Part shown: one piece after another, positions 50,515 through 60,185 of the stretch
Position numbering within the stretch: the stretch's first letter is position 1
Layout: every line of letters starts with the position of its first letter
The notes under the pieces: model-generated
Told to the model about the DNA's origin: nothing
What the model saw: the letters and a program-made list of their open reading frames with translations, nothing else
Database searches by the model: none
Program-made: the position numbers and the translations under genes
Assembly (NCBI GenBank): GCA_964575335.1
Contig: CAZNPU010000010.1
Location: 1,174 to 65,173, forward strand
Source: an uncultured Isosphaeraceae bacterium
Lineage (GTDB): Bacteria; Planctomycetota; Phycisphaerae; Phycisphaerales; SM1A02
DNA length: 64,000 nt
Direction: 5' to 3'

Positions 50515-53500
50515 ATGACCGCTTCATCGGTTGAACCAGTCGCCTCGCAATCGCGCTTGATGGTGCTGCTGTTCACCGATTTAGTCGGCTCAACGCAACT
50601 GAAGGCGGAACTGGGTACGGGCGTCTATGCTGCGCTGGCCGCTAGGCATGATGAAATTTTCCGCCGCATCATCGCTGCATCGCCCGGAGCGGAGATTCTT
50701 AAAGACCTTGGCGACGGGTTTATGGTGCGCTTCGACACTGCCAGCCAGGCGGTTCGGGCGGCGCTGTTGTTTCAATATGCAATCGCGACCGAACCGTGGA
50801 AACCCGTTCCGCTGCACGTGCGCATTGGTCTGCATCTTGGCGAAGTGACCGACCTCGGCGAGGACGTGCTGGGCAAGGTGAAGGTGGTCGGGCTCGCTGC
50901 GGATATGGCGGCTCGGCTGATGAGCCTCGCGCTGCCGAATCAGATTCTGCAGACGCGCGCTGCTTTCGACGAATCCCGCCAGTATCAGCGTGTGCATCCT
51001 CTGGCTGAAGATCACAACGGCATTGGTGCGATGCCGGGAACCTTCACGGCGCCTACATTGCGATGGGTGGCTCACGGACCGTATCTGTTCAAAGGTGTGG
51101 ATGAACCGGTTGAGGTATTTGAGGTGGGGGCTGAAGGCATTGCGCCGCTCACGCCGCCGCCCGATTCTGACAAGGCGCGCCGCGCGGTGCGCATCGATGA
51201 AGAAGAAACGCTCGGCTGGCGACCGGCGATCGGCCTTGATATTCCCAACCGCTCATTCTGGCATCTTGACCGCAAGCTCGGCGAGGGCGGCTTTGGCGAA
51301 GTCTGGCTCGGATCGAACTCCAAGACCCGCGAACGCCGTGTGTTCAAGTTCTGCTTTGATGCGGAGCGATTGCGTTCGTTCCGGCGGGAACTCACGCTGG
51401 TGCGACTGCTGCGGGAAGCTTTGGGCAACCGCGCCGACATCGCGCGGCTGTATGAAGGAAGTGCATCTCGAAAACGCGCCGTACTACCTGGAAAGCGAAT
51501 ACAGCGAGCTTGGCAATCTCACTGAATGGGCTGAAGCGAACGGCGGCATCAGCAATGTTCCCCTGTCGCTTCGGCTGGATATCATTCGCCGTGTGGCCGA
51601 CGCCATTGCCGCTGCGCACGGTGTGGGCGTATTGCACAAAGATATCAAGCCGTCGAACATTCTGATGTATCGCACCGAAGACGGCGACATAAGGCCGCAG
51701 ATCGCGGACTTCGGCATCGGCGTGCTCGCGGACCCCGCGCAGCTCAAAAGCCGCAACATCAGCGTTACAGGGTTTACTGCCACGAGCCTGACGGAGAACT
51801 ATTCCAGCCGTACTGGCACGCGCATGTATGCCCCGCCGGAAGCGATGCTCAATATGCCCTTTACCGTTCAGGGCGATGTGTATGCGCTGGGGGTGATGCT
51901 GTATCAAATGGTCGTGGGTGATCTGAACAGACCTCTTGCGGAAGGATGGGACTGCGACATTGCCGATCCGTTGCTGCGGCAAGACATTGCTGCATGTGTG
52001 CAGGGCGATCCGGCGCGTCGCCTCGGCAGCGCAAGAGAACTGGCTGACCGTCTGCTGCAACTGCCGCAACGGCGCAAGGCGATGCGCTGGCAGCGCATCT
52101 TTCGTGGGAGCGCAGCGGCCGTGGTGGCGCTGTTCATTTTGCTGGTGGCATCGGGTTTGTGGATCATGCGTGAGCAGAAGCTTCGCAGCCACGCTGAGCG
52201 CGAACACAGGCGTGCGCTGGATGCTGAAGCCGTTGCCCTGCAGGAACGCGACAATGCCTTGCGCGCTCACGAAACCGCCCATGCGGTCAGCAATTTTCTC
52301 CAGGACATGCTTGCGTCGGTCGATCCGGCCAAAGCGCAGGGACGCGAAATCACCGTCAGGGAACTGCTCGACAGCGCCGCGAACACCCTCGGCGATGCGC
52401 TGCGCGATCGACCCGATGTGGAAGGCGAAATTCGCCACACCATCGGCCAGACTTATTACACCCTCGGACGATATCCGCAAGCCAAAGAGCAGCTGGCAAT
52501 TGCGCTGGAGCGGCGGCTGCAGACGCATGGCGAAGCGCATGCGGAAACGATCGTTGCGATGGATTCGCTTGGCGTATTGCATCTCATGCTCGGTGAGCTT
52601 GATGAAGCTGAGGCGCTGTTCACCAAAGGGCTTGAACTTGCCCGGAAGACACTTGGGCCGGAAGACCCGCGCACGCTGGCTGCGATGGATCACATGGCCC
52701 TGCTGCTGCAGGATCGCGGACGCTATCTCGAAGCCGAGCAACTGCATCGCGAATCGCTTGAAATCCGCAGAAACGTCCTCGGGCCGGATCATCTCGATAC
52801 GCTGTCGCAGATCGTCTCGCTGGCTGATGTCATGGAAGACACCGGCAAGGCTGAAGAAGCGGTGCGTATGAGCGCAGAAGGCATTGTGCTGGCCAAGCAG
52901 TCGCTCGGGCCGACGCATCCGATCACGTTCAGTTTGATGAGCATCAATGCCTCAGGGCTGTATCAGCTTGGCCGATATGAAGAATCAGAGCGGATTTCGC
53001 GTGAGGTGATCGGTGGGCGTATCCGGGTCCTGGGCGAAGCCCATCCGCAAACGCTGGTGTCACGCAACGCATTAGCCTTGACGCTGGAACAGATGGGCCG
53101 GCACGATGAGGCGGCTGCGGAGTTGCGCCAGATTGTCGAACTTGCAGAGCAGACGCTGCCTCCGGGTCACGATTCGATCCTTACGTACATGGGCAACCTG
53201 GCGCGAAGCGAACATTTGCGCGGCAACCTGGATGAAGCAGAGCGTCTGATGCGGCACGTGCTGGAAGTTCATCGGCACATGCACGGCGAAGACGCGCAGA
53301 GCACGCTGTTTGACATCAACAATCTGGCGCGGCTTCTGCTCGATCGCCACAAGCCTCAGGATGCGCTGCCGCTTTTTGAGCAGGTCGTCGCGGGTATGGA
53401 TCGATCCTTGCCCGACGGGCATTGGATCCGCGCCGCTGCGCGGGTCAATCTTGGCGAATGCCTGCGGCTGCTTGAGCGGTATGACGAAGCGCTATCGATG

Positions 53501-53665
53501 CTGAATGCCGGCTACGCGGGGCTGCAGACGTCGCTTGGAGCGCAGCATAACCGCACCCGGAACGCTGCAGCATTGCTGGCCGATCTGTATCAGGCAATGG
53601 GGCGGGATGCTGATGCGCAGCAGTGGCGCGCAAAAGCCCAGCCCATGGATAAGGATGCGAGCTAA
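50515..53665 (+). pseudogene. Class III cyclase-homology domain + Hanks Ser/Thr kinase + TM + TPR protein, split by a +1 frameshift at about 51454-51461
   Basis: ORF 50515..51525 carries the cyclase motifs (LLFTDLVGST, KDLGDGFMVRF, RIGLHLGEV) and the kinase N-lobe (GEGGFGEVW, RVFKF). ORF 50990..53665, one frame over, continues with EVHLENAPYYLESEY, HKDIKPSNIL, IADFGIG and TRMYAPPE. A TM helix and multiple TPR units follow. Confidence 0.7.
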
Positions 53666-53992
53666 ATTCTGCCTACCCATGTGGAAGCGGCGGTTCTGCG
53701 GCGCGTGCAATGGTCAGGGACGAGCAGGGCACAGCCAGGCCTTTGGCGATCCCTAACCGCTTCCGAATATGGGAATGGCCGTTGCGTCGCCCCGCGGCGC
53801 GGTACACTTTGTGGCAGCGTCAGATTCAGGTTGACGGTCCTGGGGAACTTCCGGGCCAGCAACCGGTACATGATACACAGGGGGCTTTTTGCGTTGACGG
53901 TGTAACCAGACAGCAGGGATGGATACTTTTGTGGTTGGGAGCCGACCGCGCACACTCTCACCGTCGCCTGTGCCCGGGAAAGGAAAAACGAC

Positions 53993-56572
53993 ATGCAGCA
54001 ATCAAACGTCATCAATGCCATCGGCCGCACGCATCTGCGCTTTCACTGGCTTGCAGTAGTGCTGGTGTTGCTGCTGGGAATCAACGCCCCGGCCCACGCC
54101 CAGGGCACCATGGGCGCGGTGCCTGATCCCATCTCCACGCGCGAATTGGCTGGCTACATGAACCGGCTGCGCCTCAGCGATCATCAGCGCGTTGCGGTTG
54201 ATCACCTGCATGCCATATACCGCGAAGAGTTTCGACTTTTGCGCGAAACCGACATTGAGAAGTTCATCAATGAAAGCGCCGATCTGATGCGCGGGGGCAT
54301 GGGCGCGATCATGAACGTGAATCGCGAAGAAGTGAAAAAGAGCCTAAACCAGCTGGACAATCTCCTTAGCCGGATTCGCGCTCTCGATGATGGCTTCTTC
54401 GATCAGCTTCAGTCCATACTCACCGATGAACAAATGCAGATCATGCCTCGCGTCCGCCAGACCCGCGAACGCGTTCGCTATCAAAGCGGCATGGGGCGAA
54501 TGGTGAGCTTTCTCAATCCCGCAAGCCAGGTTGAACTGACCGAGTTCGTTGATGAGTTGGACCTCTCGCCTCAGGAGTTCGAGCAGGTTGATCTGCTCAT
54601 GGCTCAGTATGAAGCCTCGCTCACCGCTGCAGCCCGGCGGCTGCACAACAGCGGCAGCACGTTCATTCTTGATTTTCTCGATGCGATGCAGGCGCTCGGC
54701 GTTTCCGAAGAGGCGATGCGCGACAGGCAGCGCCGAGCAGCGATGTTCGATGGCATCCGCCAGGCATGGCAAGACATCTCGAGCAAGCTGCATGACCAGA
54801 GCAAGGTGATGAGTTCGCTAAACCGGCGGACGCTTCGGTCGCTTGAGCAGGTGCTGTCGCCTGTAGATGCTGCCCGGCTGCGCGATCGCTTTTTCCGCAG
54901 CGCGTACCCTGACGCAGCATATACCGGCCCGGTGCTGAACGCGTACGAGCTTGCGATGAAACTGGATCAGCTTACCGATGAGCAGCGTCAGGCAGTGGCA
55001 TCCATGGCGACCGAACTGCGCACCACGCTCAATCGCATCGCCGATCAACTGGCGGATCTGATTGACGAAAACCCGCGTGGCCGCATGATGCTTGCCGGCG
55101 ACGACGCCCGCCAGCAATACGAAGACAAGATGCGTCGTCTTCGCGATCAGCGCACCGCAGTTGTTGAGAATGCTGCGCGAGTGCTCAAGGATCTGCTGGG
55201 GCCGGAACTGAACGAGCAGCTTGAAAAGCGAGTCACACTTGCAGAAGAATCCGATCAGCAACTTGAAGTCGTCAGCGTACAGGTAATGGGCGGCGGCGGT
55301 GCGGCTGTTGTGGCTACGCGGACTTCCGTCTGGCAAACTGGAGACGATATCGATATCGATCCATTTCTGCCCCAGCCGATCAGTTCAACCGACATTGATG
55401 AATACGCTTCGCGCCTGGGCGTCAGCGATGATGTGCGCACAATCATGGCTGGACTGCACAGCGAATATCAGGAGAAGTTTCGGCTGCTGGAAACCGAAGG
55501 CGCGATCAAGGCGGTTCGCGAAGCAGAACGCCGCCATCATGCGATGAACTCACAGACCGGCGAGATTCTGCCGCCTGCGCCGGAACAGGTCGATTCACTG
55601 TACGCGCTTCGCCGCCAGGCTCTGACTGCTGTTGAGCAACTAGATGCGCAGTTTTTTACTGACCTTGCTTTGATTCTTTCTGGTGAGGATGCTGAAAGCA
55701 AAGTCAACCGGCTTCGCCTGGCGCGGCAACGGGCAATGTATAGCCGCAATACAGACAGCAACATCAACATTGGCTTCGGCGGGCCGCGTCAGGCCCAGCG
55801 CGGCGGGCGCATATTCGCAGGCGGGTTCGGCGAATCGAACGAGGCTGCTGTCGATGTCGCCTTGCTGGTTGAAAACCTTGATCTGACGCCCACTGAACCG
55901 GAAGCGTTTCATGCTGCATTGCACGATTACGAGCAGGCGGCCACAACCGCGTACCGTGAACTTTTTGAAGCGAACATGCGCATGCGTCAGTCAATGGAAA
56001 AACTGATGGCGCGGGCACGCATTGAAACGCGAGGTGATCGGGAGCGCACCGGGCAATTCCAGTTCAACAACATGCGCAGCGTTATGCAGAATGAAGGCCA
56101 GGCGGCACGCGAAATGCGCCGGAAAGTTGCCAGCCTCAATCGCGACACGCTGACCAGACTGACGGCGCTTCTGCCGCCGGAAAACGCCGATGCGCTTCGG
56201 CAGGCGTATAACCGCAAGGCGTATCCCGAGGTGTACCGCGACCCCCGTTCAGCGCAGCCGCACCTCTCCGCAGCGTTGATGCTTTCCGATCTGGCCGATC
56301 AGCAACTGAGCCAGATTCAGGAGTTGGCTCTCGAATTCCGCTCAAAGTATGACGAGCTGACCGATCAACTGGTGCAACTTCTGGCGACAAACCATGAGCC
56401 GCCCAACTTTGCCGACGCCTCGTTCCGCGATTGGATTCGTGAGCGAGAACGCCTCGAATTCGATCGCAATGAGCTTTCCGATCGCACGATCGCCCGATTA
56501 AGCACAATTCTTACGGAGGATCAGGTGCAACGGCTGGGCGGACTGAGCCTGGAGCGAACTTCGCAGCAATAA
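53993..56572 (+). CDS. Secreted helical repeat protein, LTxxQ-rich, paralog 1 (unknown function)
   Basis: The ATG has AAGGAAA upstream. The signal peptide is ...WLAVVLVLLLGINAPAHA|QG. At 859 aa it is collinear with the next gene and internally duplicated. Confidence 0.75.
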   Translation: MQQSNVINAIGRTHLRFHWLAVVLVLLLGINAPAHAQGTMGAVPDPISTRELAGYMNRLRLSDHQRVAVDHLHAIYREEFRLLRETDIEKFINESADLMRGGMGAIMNVNREEVKKSLNQLDNLLSRIRALDDGFFDQLQSILTDEQMQIMPRVRQTRERVRYQSGMGRMVSFLNPASQVELTEFVDELDLSPQEFEQVDLLMAQYEASLTAAARRLHNSGSTFILDFLDAMQALGVSEEAMRDRQRRAAMFDGIRQAWQDISSKLHDQSKVMSSLNRRTLRSLEQVLSPVDAARLRDRFFRSAYPDAAYTGPVLNAYELAMKLDQLTDEQRQAVASMATELRTTLNRIADQLADLIDENPRGRMMLAGDDARQQYEDKMRRLRDQRTAVVENAARVLKDLLGPELNEQLEKRVTLAEESDQQLEVVSVQVMGGGGAAVVATRTSVWQTGDDIDIDPFLPQPISSTDIDEYASRLGVSDDVRTIMAGLHSEYQEKFRLLETEGAIKAVREAERRHHAMNSQTGEILPPAPEQVDSLYALRRQALTAVEQLDAQFFTDLALILSGEDAESKVNRLRLARQRAMYSRNTDSNINIGFGGPRQAQRGGRIFAGGFGESNEAAVDVALLVENLDLTPTEPEAFHAALHDYEQAATTAYRELFEANMRMRQSMEKLMARARIETRGDRERTGQFQFNNMRSVMQNEGQAAREMRRKVASLNRDTLTRLTALLPPENADALRQAYNRKAYPEVYRDPRSAQPHLSAALMLSDLADQQLSQIQELALEFRSKYDELTDQLVQLLATNHEPPNFADASFRDWIRERERLEFDRNELSDRTIARLSTILTEDQVQRLGGLSLERTSQQ

Positions 56573-56806
56573 AAATAACGGTGAACGCCGTTCAAAGAGT
56601 GGCGTGCAGCGCCGGGGCGAGTACGGCAGAGTTATTGATGCACAGCTTCTGCGAACGACTTTTTCGCAGCACAGCCCTGCGTCATGCAAGGCAGCGGTGC
56701 AGATTCCCTATTAGAATCTGTAACAACGCATTGCCTTGACTGGCAGGCGGAAGCCTCGTGCGCCATGATGCGCTGCAGCAATCATCAATAGTGCAGGAGT
56801 CGATTC

Positions 56807-59371
56807 ATGATCAGCGTCCACTCATGCGAACCCCTCTCGCGCCGTGTTCTGCATGTGCTTGTGCTTATTGCTGTCTCACTTGCTGTCTTGGCAATGGCTG
56901 CTCCAGCCGCAGCGCAAGGCACGATGGGGCTGCTGCCCGATCCTATCACCACGCGTGAGCTGGAAGATTTTGCCATGCGATTGCGCCTGAGTTCTCAACA
57001 GCGCAAGGCTGTCGAAGACCTGCACGATCAATACAAGCGCGAATTCCGCGAGCTGCGCGAAACTGAGATTGCCGACTTCATGAAGAGCATGATGAGCATG
57101 CAGGGCGGGATGCCGGCGCGGCAGGCGGTTGAAGAAATGATCGATCGCATGACGAAAATACGCAAGCAGATCGAGTTGGTTGACAGCCGCTTGTTCGATC
57201 GGATGCAGCCGATACTTACCGACGAGCAACTGGTCATGTTGCCGCGCGTGCGGCTGGTTCGTGAGCGGACGCGTCTGGCAAGTCAGCAGATGATGTGGAT
57301 GGGTGGGGGAGCGCCGCCCGATCTGAGCGCGATGGTATTTGAGCTTGACCTCACCCCCGAGCAGATGCAGGCGATCGATCCGACACTGGCGGGATATGAA
57401 AGTCGTCTCACCGCCACGATGGCCAAGATGCAGGACGCCTCCAGCAAAATGTTCCTGGCGATGATAGACGCCATGGAAAGCGCCGGCATTACCCAGGAGA
57501 CAGTGGAAGATCCCGATCCCGAGGTTGCCGCCAAGGTGGAAGAAGCGATGCAGCAGATTTTCGAAAGCGTCACCACTGAAATAATGATGTTGAGCAGCGA
57601 CCTTGCCCAGGAGAATCGCCGCACCTGCCGCAGCTTGATGTCGATGCTCCCGCAGGAACAGGGGCGCTCACTTCGCGATGCGCTGTACCGCCGCGCATAT
57701 GTGGAAGCGAGATTTGCGCTCCCGAATGACACGATGTTTCCTGCTGCGCTGAAACTTGACGATCTCACCGACGAGCAGCGCGACATGCTGCGGGCAGCGC
57801 AGCAGCAGTTCTACAGCAGCATGGATCAACTACTCGAGCGGATAGTTGATTATCTGGATGAGTTCAACCGGAGCGGATCGCCTTTTGATTTCGCCCGCGA
57901 ACATTGGGAGGAGAAGAATAAAAAGCTAGAGGAATCCAGAGCGAGGGCAACCGAGATTCGCGCCGCAGCGGTGCAGGATGTGACCAACATTCTGGGCGCT
58001 GAACTTACAAAGAAAATCCAACCCCACATCGCTGCGATGCAATCAGGGGCCCCCGACGTAATGGCTGAAGTTCTTGCCGATGCGATGGAAGCGGACCACG
58101 CTGCTGCGGGCGAAGGGGCGGCAACGGACGAACCTGGTGACGGCGGCGCGATTGCGATTGAAGAAAGCCAAGCGATGGTGTGGAGCGGTAACCAATGGCT
58201 TCCGCCTCAGATCAGCCATCAAGATCTCAACGAGTATGCTGCCATCCTCAAGTTAAGCGAGGAGCATTACGCGGTGCTGCAGCATCTTTATAAAAGTTAT
58301 GTTGAGGCATTCGGACGCATCAGGTCCACTGAAATTGCAGCGGCGTCCAATGCCGCTCAATCAATGTGGCAATGGGATGAAGCGACTGGTCAGCTTCGCG
58401 TGCCGGCCGGAGAAACTGCCGAGCAACTTTACCGGCTTCGGCAACAGGCCATGCAGGCGATATGCGATGCCGACGAGGCGTTCTTCAATGACGTGGAGAT
58501 CACGTTGGTCTCGGAAGCGCAGGCACAGCAGATGATGCGTGTGCGGATGATGCGCGAGCGTGCGCGTTGTCGTCAAGGCAGCAACATGAGGCAATGGTTC
58601 AGTCCTCGATCAGCCGAGGCTACAGTCGATCTGATGCAGATGATTCGTCGGCTGCGATTGTCGGAAGACACCTTGCAGAAGATCGACAGCCAATTGTATC
58701 GGTATGAAGTTGCTGTCACACCGCTGTTGCGCAAGTACTACGAATCTGCGCTGCGGGTTCAGCAGGCACAGGACCACTGGAACATTGAAATCAATCGCAA
58801 CGCGGAGGAGGGCGTCGCGACCAGCGCTGCTCGATACCGCGAACTGTTCGAGGAACCTTCCAAGCGGGCAAGCGAGATCAGTCGCGAACTGGCGCGCATC
58901 AATCGCGAAACCCTTGAGCAGATACTTGAAGCGATCAACTCCGATGCAGCGTTTGAACTTCGCGCCGCCTACAACCGCGAAGCGTTCCCCACTGTGTACA
59001 ACGATCCCGTGTGCATTGATCGTCATCTGAACGAAGCACGCAAGCTCTCAGACCTCACCGACGATCAGCAGCGCATGCTGGATGAACTTGCTGTGGAGTA
59101 TCACCCCGCCTACCGCGACTTTTGCGAGCAGATGATCAAAATTCATGCAGAGACGGAGGAATACGCCTACTGGTACATGTCGATGGAAGACGATCCTGAT
59201 CAGCAACGCCGCTGGATGGAGCGCATGGAAGCCATCGCCAAGCTGAATTTCGATCGCAGCGAACTCAATGCCCGCGCTGTCAGCCGCTTGAAGTCGATTC
59301 TCACCGAAGAGCAGATCAAGCGCATCGGCGGCCTGCCGGAGTTGCCGGAAAACACGTTCAATATGTGGTGA
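56807..59371 (+). CDS. Secreted helical repeat protein, LTxxQ-rich, paralog 2 (unknown function)
   Basis: The ATG has AGGAG 8 nt upstream. The signal peptide is ...VLVLIAVSLAVLAMAAPAAA|QG. At 854 aa it is collinear with the preceding gene. Confidence 0.75.
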   Translation: MISVHSCEPLSRRVLHVLVLIAVSLAVLAMAAPAAAQGTMGLLPDPITTRELEDFAMRLRLSSQQRKAVEDLHDQYKREFRELRETEIADFMKSMMSMQGGMPARQAVEEMIDRMTKIRKQIELVDSRLFDRMQPILTDEQLVMLPRVRLVRERTRLASQQMMWMGGGAPPDLSAMVFELDLTPEQMQAIDPTLAGYESRLTATMAKMQDASSKMFLAMIDAMESAGITQETVEDPDPEVAAKVEEAMQQIFESVTTEIMMLSSDLAQENRRTCRSLMSMLPQEQGRSLRDALYRRAYVEARFALPNDTMFPAALKLDDLTDEQRDMLRAAQQQFYSSMDQLLERIVDYLDEFNRSGSPFDFAREHWEEKNKKLEESRARATEIRAAAVQDVTNILGAELTKKIQPHIAAMQSGAPDVMAEVLADAMEADHAAAGEGAATDEPGDGGAIAIEESQAMVWSGNQWLPPQISHQDLNEYAAILKLSEEHYAVLQHLYKSYVEAFGRIRSTEIAAASNAAQSMWQWDEATGQLRVPAGETAEQLYRLRQQAMQAICDADEAFFNDVEITLVSEAQAQQMMRVRMMRERARCRQGSNMRQWFSPRSAEATVDLMQMIRRLRLSEDTLQKIDSQLYRYEVAVTPLLRKYYESALRVQQAQDHWNIEINRNAEEGVATSAARYRELFEEPSKRASEISRELARINRETLEQILEAINSDAAFELRAAYNREAFPTVYNDPVCIDRHLNEARKLSDLTDDQQRMLDELAVEYHPAYRDFCEQMIKIHAETEEYAYWYMSMEDDPDQQRRWMERMEAIAKLNFDRSELNARAVSRLKSILTEEQIKRIGGLPELPENTFNMW

Positions 59372-60125
59372 GCAATGCGTTCGCGTTGCGGCGATGCCCG
59401 GCTGACGGCTGTTTCTGGCTCACCAGCGTGAAGCGATACAGCAGGTGACTGCGGTAGGTTACGTGCGGCAGATCGGCCCTGCGGGCCAGATCCAGCGCCT
59501 CGCGGCGGGTAAAGCCGCCATCAACGCTCACCAGCGCATCGTGCTGAACGATGTGAGGAGCGCCGATCGTGAGCAGTCGCACGCCGAGTTTTGCGATTCG
59601 GCTGCGCACCAGATCGTTCCAGATCATGCCCTGCGCACTCAGGCGGTTCATGATTTGCAGCACGGTCAGCACTTCGATGTCCTGCAGGTGATGCAAAAAC
59701 ATCCCCGCATGCGCATAGTCGAATTGATGCGGCTCGAATCGATCCATCAGACGAAGCGCATCATGCTGCACCAGCTCAATGTCGCTGCGCTCGCCGATGT
59801 ATTGCCGCGCCAACTGCAGGGTGGCGGCGTGCAGGTCAACAGCGGTGATTTTGACCCGGTGACCGCGTGCACGAGCCCATGTGGCGATGGCGAGAGGAAT
59901 ATCCGCAGAGCCGGTTCCGATGTCGAGAATGGTGATGGTGCGATCTTTGGGCCAGTTGCGTGACCAGCGTTGAAGCTGCCGCAACGCTGCTGCCGTACCG
60001 CCGAGCCTGCGATTCACCATGCGGATGAACTTCAGCGACACAGCAAGATCGTTGTGGTCGACCTGCGGGTCGTCCATCAGTTCCGGCGTGATCCGGCGTT
60101 GCGTGAGATAGGCCATCGGATTCAT
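59358..60125 (-). CDS. Class I SAM-dependent methyltransferase
   Basis: The ATG at 60125 gives MNPMAYLTQRRITPELMDDP... Motif I is ILDIGTGSADIP, followed by ITAVDL. Confidence 0.8.
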   Translation of the reverse strand: MNPMAYLTQRRITPELMDDPQVDHNDLAVSLKFIRMVNRRLGGTAAALRQLQRWSRNWPKDRTITILDIGTGSADIPLAIATWARARGHRVKITAVDLHAATLQLARQYIGERSDIELVQHDALRLMDRFEPHQFDYAHAGMFLHHLQDIEVLTVLQIMNRLSAQGMIWNDLVRSRIAKLGVRLLTIGAPHIVQHDALVSVDGGFTRREALDLARRADLPHVTYRSHLLYRFTLVSQKQPSAGHRRNANALLTTY

Positions 60126-60185
60126 CGTATTCCAGCAGCATGCCGATCGCTGCCCCAGACCGCGCCGCTCCGCTACACTATTTGC

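Noticed and set aside
50990-51451. 5' part of ORF 50990..53665 as an independent coding region overlapping the cyclase domain
   Set aside because: This stretch (MCILWLKITTALVRCREPSRRLHCDGW...) is out-of-frame read-through over the well-supported cyclase/kinase N-lobe frame. Real homology in this frame begins only at about 51458.
51392-52918. 508-aa minus-strand ORF antisense to the kinase/TPR gene
   Set aside because: It is a shadow ORF of a strongly motif-supported plus-strand gene, with Arg/His/Gln-rich composition and no motifs.
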